A stretch of 64,000 nucleotides of DNA from assembly GCA_964016885.1 (NCBI GenBank), contig OZ024743.1, positions 226,486,001 to 226,550,000 on the forward strand, written 5' to 3'. Each line of letters begins with the position of its first letter. Within the stretch, counting starts at the first letter, position 1. The translations under genes and the position numbers were made by a program. This document shows, piece after piece, positions 56,683-64,000 of this stretch. Source of the DNA: Eledone cirrhosa (taxonomy: Eukaryota). The notes beneath the pieces are model-generated. The model was given only the letters and a program-made list of their open reading frames with translations. It was not told where the DNA came from and did not search any database.

Positions 56683-57531
56683 ATATATATATATATATAA
56701 ATATTAGAAGAGGGAAACATATTTCCTGATTTGGCACGCTGCAACCTACCATCACTCTATAAAACCAGCGCGCACCATATTATTACAAAACCTCGATAAA
56801 TTACTAGAATATGTCTTTCATTGGAAAGAGTCACCTAACTAAAACAGATGAAAGCTGTACACTTACAGTACTTTATTACTAAATAAATTGCAGCAAAAGA
56901 GTAAGAAAGATATATACATATACAAAGGGAGGGAGAGAGAGAGAGAGAGATGGGCGAGAAAGAGCGTTGATGAGAAGGGGAGTGTGTAGAAGACAGAAAG
57001 ATAGCAACATTATATTTAGTATGTAAGTTTGGCATCAATGATAGGTGGTGGTCGTGGGAGGGTGACCAGAAATTATGTTAAAGTGAAGTGGAGCTACGCA
57101 GTTCTATGGGGAAGAGGTGTGAAGAGAAGAAAATAGACAGAAAAAGAGAAAAGGAAATAAAAATATTTCCTCAGAGGTTATTAGTTTAGTTTTTAATGTC
57201 GTTTATAGAACTGGCAGTTAACCTACTCGGTCTGATAACATGTTTCAGCTTTTCACGATAATTATCATACACACTCGCATAGACACACACGTGTGCACAA
57301 TCACACTCACATAAACACACACTTGTGCACACTCAGATATACACACACTTGTGCACACTCACACAGACACACCGTTTCACACATACATACAGACACAAAA
57401 TTAATTCATATACACACATGTGTACACTTTAGTACAGATTGGGATAAATATATGTACATAAATACAAAATTATATATGAATTCATACACATTAAAAACAA
57501 AAGTGATGCCGAAAGAACACGTGTGTGTCTA

Positions 57532-57607
<76 letters not shown>

Positions 57608-57892
57608 CGTACATACATGTAGTAGTAATAATAATGATAATAATAACAATATATAGAAAAACAAGGTTGAAAATGGAATTTGAATGAATCTTTAAGAAGA
57701 TTTATTATAAAACGGTGCACATCACCACATAGGTACCCAACTCTCCACTTCACTGAATATTTGAAAATCATTCAAACGTGAGACCGGTAAAGTTATTATT
57801 AATACATTTTCTTGATATATACGTATATGAGCATATAAATCTATATATGATACTTATGTATATATGTATATATATAGATATATAGATACTTA

Positions 57893-57959
<67 letters not shown>

Positions 57960-58012
57960 ATCTGTATATGCACGTGTATGTGAATATATGCATATATATA
58001 TATATATACATA

Positions 58013-59288
<1,276 letters not shown>

Positions 59289-59312
59289 TGTGTGTGGGGT
59301 GTGTGTGTGGGT

Positions 59313-59960
59313 GTACCTGTTTGAGGTTCTCAGTGCAGTCGGTTTCGGATCCATTCTCAGAGGATGCCTCGCTCGATTGTCAGAGTAAACGGTCTTCTAT
59401 CAATCTGGGGCAGTGATAGGAGCAACATTTAACCAGGAAAAGTCACTGTGCCTTCGACGCGGTACTTGGAAAGACATATTCACCGTTATCAGGCGCTGAT
59501 CATATGGGCCGGTTCAAATTCTTGCGCTCTGGTATGGTCCAAACCTCTAGATGAGGAAACGCTGGTATTAGGTAACGAGTACGTTGTCGACTTTCACCCA
59601 ACAATGGGTCGAGTGGAATCTATCCCCAAAGATCCGGCGGAAGTGGCTAACGAGAACTTTGCATCCACCATCTACTGCCATGTAAATATTGTGCCATGCG
59701 CTGTTACACATCTGACTGCGCTGGGCCGTCTCTTCGCTGCCAACTTCCACTGCATGGATAACTGGGCATGAAGAAGCCCAGACATTCACTGAATATACGA
59801 TATATCTAGATTTTCTTGGACCGTGAACATTTGTAGTCCCTGCTTGCTAGACGCAGGATTTGGAAAAGTTGCAGTCCTGGGTCATGTAAACACTGATCGG
59901 TAGAACTTGGAAACTGGAATGGCTTCAGGTTATCACAGCTCCCTGCCAATTGAAGGCCTG
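59313..59960 (+). pseudogene. Decayed L1/Tx1-clade LINE ORF2 fragment
   Basis: YLFEVLSAVGFG.., VRVNG, GATFNQEKSLCLRRGTW, GPVQILALWYGP; central RT domains deleted. Confidence 0.72.
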
Positions 59961-60254
59961 ATAAACCTTTTCCTGTTACGTGCAAATCATACTTTGTATT
60001 ATCTTGTATCGTCCTGAGCCGTCTTTAATATTTTCTTAATGTTAGACATACCTGACTAATAAAGAAATTATTACTATTATTATCGGTGCAGCGTCGGATA
60101 TCATGCTACATGCTTCACAGCATGGAGTTATGACCCTTCACGTTCTGTTTACTCGATTTACGTAAATAACTCGCTGACACTGTTCATTTGTATTGACCTT
60201 TGTATTTCAGATCTAATGGCCAATAACTCGATTACTATAAAAGAAATCAGTAGA

Positions 60255-60870
60255 GTGGCAGTATCGGTGGAAGGTCGAACATATGCTTTGCGTCATATTG
60301 TTACTGCTCTTGAAGTTCTGAGTTCAAATCCCGAGGTTAGCTTTGCTTTTCATCCTTACGAGGTCGATAAAATAAAGTCTCAGTGATGCACTGGGGTCGA
60401 TTTAATCGACTTTCCCTTCCCTCCGATCATTATCATTTCTTTATCGAGCGGTGGATTGGCAGTATCGGTAGAGGGACGGACGCCATGCTTTGACGCATAG
60501 AGTACAGGCCCTTGCCATTCTGAGTTCAAATAACGCCGAGGTTAACTTTACCTTTCATCTTTACGGGGTCGATAAAATATAGTACCGGTAAAGGCCTTGT
60601 GCCAAAAGTAGAAACAATTATCATTTATTTATCAGACTTATCCATCAATTCTAATGCAGGTAGATTGGCCGACTGGTTACATTGTGAGATAAAAGGCTTT
60701 CCGGCATTTAGTTACGTTCTTTATTTCTAAGTTCCCAGCCCGCTGGAATAAGCTTTGCTTTTCATCCTTAACTCAATAACATAAGGTACCAGTAACAAAC
60801 TTAGTGTCGATCTAAAGGACTTCCTCCTTCCTTTCAGGTTGCTGGCCTTGTACTAAAAGTAGAAACAATT
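60255..60870 (+). mobile_element. Three SINE family A copies in tandem
   Basis: Copies at about 60255-60425, 60450-60622 and 60657-60870 (degenerate). Confidence 0.88.
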
Positions 60871-61409
60871 GTTATTTATTTTATTTGACAAAAAGGCATC
60901 GACTGTTTATATTTATATTTATATGCGTCCCTTTTTATTATTGATTGTTAAACTCCTTTTTTTTACGCAGTGTTAACTTGCTAACCTTGTGACTATTAAA
61001 AACCATTATTGTTGTTGCTGATGTTGCAAGGGAATATGGAATGCCAATTCGTAAAACCAGTCCAGAAGAAAGTCCTTGTTGTTGTAACACTGCACAATTT
61101 CTACAGCCTAATGACTAGTTACTTTTTCTTGTATTCTATGAGTTTAACAGTTATTTTTATGTGAGTTTAACATTTCTTATGAATTAGCTAGTTCTAATGC
61201 TATGTAATTACTATAGCTCTATAATTAATGTTTCCAAGGGCTTGATTCTTTTCATTGACACTATAGAGTCTTTATAAGAAAGCATCGAACAGTTGTATTT
61301 TTAGAAAAAATATTTAATTAGACGTGATCCAAGATATTGTTTTTGTTTGTAGTATCGATATACATCAATTAATTATTGCAGCTATAATAATAGTTATAAT
61401 AATAATGAT

Positions 61410-61816
61410 GATGATTGCTGATTTAGGCACAAGGCCAACAATCTTTTGGTAAGAAGAGAAAGTCGATTATATCGACCCTAGTTCGTGACTGGTACTTTAT
61501 TTTATCGACCCCGTAAGGATGAAAGGCAATGTTAACCTCAGCGGGATTTGAACTCAGACAGTAAAGGGGCGTAACTATATGCTGCAAAGCATATCCACCA
61601 ATAATAATGATTGCTGATTTAGGCACAAGGCCACCAATTTAGAGGGTAGGAGAAAGTAGATTAAATCGACTGCAGTGCATTACTTTTACTTTATTTTATC
61701 GACCTCGTAAGGATGAAATGCAAAGCTAACTTCTTCGGGATTTGAACTCAGAACGTAAAGCGCAGTAACAGTAAGCCGCAAAACATATGTCCGACGCTCC
61801 ACCGATACTGCCACTC
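61410..61816 (-). mobile_element. Two tandem SINE family A copies
   Basis: Two ATGATTGCTGATTTAGGCACAAGGCC tails, each with core and B-box. Confidence 0.9.
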
Positions 61817-62097
61817 TACTATTTTTTTTAATAGTAATCGAGTTATTGGCTAGTAGAAATTAAATACAAAAGACAATACAAATCAACAGTGTCAGCGAGT
61901 TATTTTCATAAATTGAGTAAACAGAAAAATAAGAAAACATTGTAAAAAAAATTGATAACAATAGAATTTCCAATAAGTGGGATAACCACCTAATTATAAT
62001 TAAATCCACAGATCCAAAGTGGACCACATAATGATGTACCTCACTTGCCCCAACTCTTTCCAGCCTATAGGATCATATTTAGAATACATTACGGTAA

Positions 62098-62490
62098 ATT
62101 GGCAGTATCGGCAGATGGTCGGACACAATGCTTTGACGCATAGAGTTACGTCCCTTTATGATCTGAGTTCAAATCCCGCCGAGGTTAACTTTGCCTTTCA
62201 TCCTTACTAGGTCGATAAAATAAAGTACCAGTAATGTACTGGGGAATTGCTGGCCTTGTGCCTAAAATAGGAACAATTATTTTATAAGGGCGGTGGATTG
62301 GCAGTATCGGTAGAGGGTCGGACGCCATGCTTTGCAGCATAGAGTTACAGCCCTTTATGATCTGAGTTCAAATCCCGCCGAGTTTAACTTTGTCTTTCAT
62401 CCTTACGCGGTCGATAACATAAAGTACCAGTAATGCACTGCCTTGAGCCAAAATGCTGGCCTTGTGCCAAAAGTAGAAACAATTATTTTA
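62098..62490 (+). mobile_element. Two tandem SINE family A copies
   Basis: About 62098-62283 and 62290-62490, with full A-box, B-box, core and tail. Confidence 0.93.
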
Positions 62491-62569
62491 TAAGAGCCAC
62501 CCATCTAAGAATTTCCCTCTCTACCTTCAATTACCTTTCGAAGTTAAACTTGAAAAACACGATGATAGC

Positions 62570-63130
62570 TTCGATGCAGATGAATGAGCATGTTTCTTCA
62601 CCTTTCAGACACGTCCATCACATGCCCCATTTCAGCTCAGCCCCCAGAGAAAAACAATTAAAAAAAGAAATGTCTGCCTTCACTTGTCGGTGCCCCCCGC
62701 TCCCAAGGCGACGTGGAGACGTTTAGGATGGAGTTGTCTGACAGTCAGATCCGTTCTACTCGTGAAAATATCTATTCGACAAAACTGCCTAAGTGTGTGC
62801 AGATAAGTTTCATCACTCAGTGCGCATCTCAGCTTGGGCCATCTGACAGTTCGTTGCTTGTAAATTTAAATTCGCACTAGCAGTAATCACCTCATAGCCG
62901 CTGCCACTGACAAACCATGGATATTTGGAATTTGTCCATAGTTGCCAGGCTGAATATCCTGGGTACAGACAGACGCTCATACCCACCACTAATCCTGTAT
63001 AAAATCCTAACACGGAATATCCACCGATCACATTGCCCAATTGAACTGGGTGGTAGTGAGCACGTGACAACATTCCAGTCACGCTTTTATCTCGATCTAT
63101 GTTTTTAGCTCAGACAAAGTGACGAGTGGT
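62570..63130 (-). pseudogene. Decayed L1/Tx1 ORF2 C-terminal (zinc-knuckle) remnant
   Basis: LGFYTGLV, MDKFQIS and LRCALSDETYLH resemble Tx1 ORF2 C-terminal motifs (CxRCxxxxETxxH). Confidence 0.5.
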
Positions 63131-63175
63131 GGAAAGATGTGTCTCACAATGAGCAACTAAATTTGTTCACCGTTT

Positions 63176-63238
<63 letters not shown>

Positions 63239-63256
63239 TGAGAGAAAGACGGAGAG

Positions 63257-63483
63257 AATGAGTAAATCGAATCGAAGTCAGTGTTGTAGCATATCTACAA
63301 ACTTTATTGGTATATAACAATTGTTTCGATATCGATCAGCTCAGAGTTCAATCAAGATGACGGGGCCCGAGTTGGGCTCTGCCATTGTAATTGTACCCTG
63401 AGCTGATCGATACCAAAATAATTGTAATAGGTGAATAAATGTTCTACATATGCTGCAGCACTCATTTCGATTTTACTTACTCT
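63257..63483. repeat. Diverged fold-back with HHR 3' half (GAAAC-AAUU-GUU on -)
   Basis: Arms of about 95 bp, for example ATCGATCAGCTCAG / CTGAGCTGATCGAT. Confidence 0.75.
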
Positions 63484-63589
63484 ATTTACACTCAGCACAC
63501 TACAATCGCCATAACTCTGCAATAAAACCAGCCATGCGACGTACCTCGTAACACACACACATTATATATATATATATATATAACGAACT

Positions 63590-63780
63590 TTTCAGATTCA
63601 ACCTGTAACAAGTGTGGCAAGACTGGCCTTTTGAATTGCAGATGCATTTCTCTTTTTTTACCATCTGAGTGACCTAGAGCAACTTAAAATATATTATCTT
63701 TTTCAAGGACATAACGCACCGCCCGGAATCGAACTAGTGACCTTTCGATTGCATTAATAGGTTAACACGTGGAGCCACAA
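63590..63780 (-). mobile_element. SINE family B, diverged
   Basis: TTCAAGGACATAACGCACC..GGAATCGAAC (B-box reverse complement). Confidence 0.65.
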
Positions 63781-64000
63781 AGTAATCTTGTCGCATAGAC
63801 ACTCAGTAAAATATGCATTCACACAATATTGAACACATCTGTTTCCATATACATAATGTTTCATACTCACTTTCCGAAGACAGTCGCACAAAAAGAAAAT
63901 CTCTATGTGGTTATGTGACTTAATAGAAATAGCGAAGTCGTCACAATTCCTACGTTTCAGATTTAAGAAAAAAAAATGATAAATCTATATTCGACAATGC

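Overview
Gene-poor, AT-rich animal DNA dense in (TA)n/(CA)n/(GA)n microsatellites. The SINE content suggests a cephalopod (Octopus-like) genome; this is an inference. Nearly all ORFs in the supplied track are microsatellite artefacts ([12 protein letters not shown]), and no intact protein-coding gene was recognised. Mobile DNA identified: a full-length but frameshifted DD37D/maT (Tc1/mariner) transposon with TIRs, a deleted mariner, four Helitron derivatives (one with RepHel N-terminal remnants), decayed LINE fragments, two tRNA-derived SINE families (about 25 copies), and small MITEs. The main observation is a set of sequence-unrelated, non-coding repeats inserted at (TA)n tracts that carry type I hammerhead ribozymes (HHRs). 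These include three short head-to-tail arrays with one HHR per monomer (543, 637 and 588 bp units), several solo or decayed HHRs, and many fold-back hairpins built from HHR 3' halves. The architecture fits retrozyme-like or Penelope-like (PLE) pseudo-LTR non-autonomous retroelements that could give self-cleaved unit-length or circular RNAs. Several carry non-canonical cores (U3-A8 swap, mismatched 10.1-11.1 pair, palindromic stem III). All folds were derived by eye and activity is untested.
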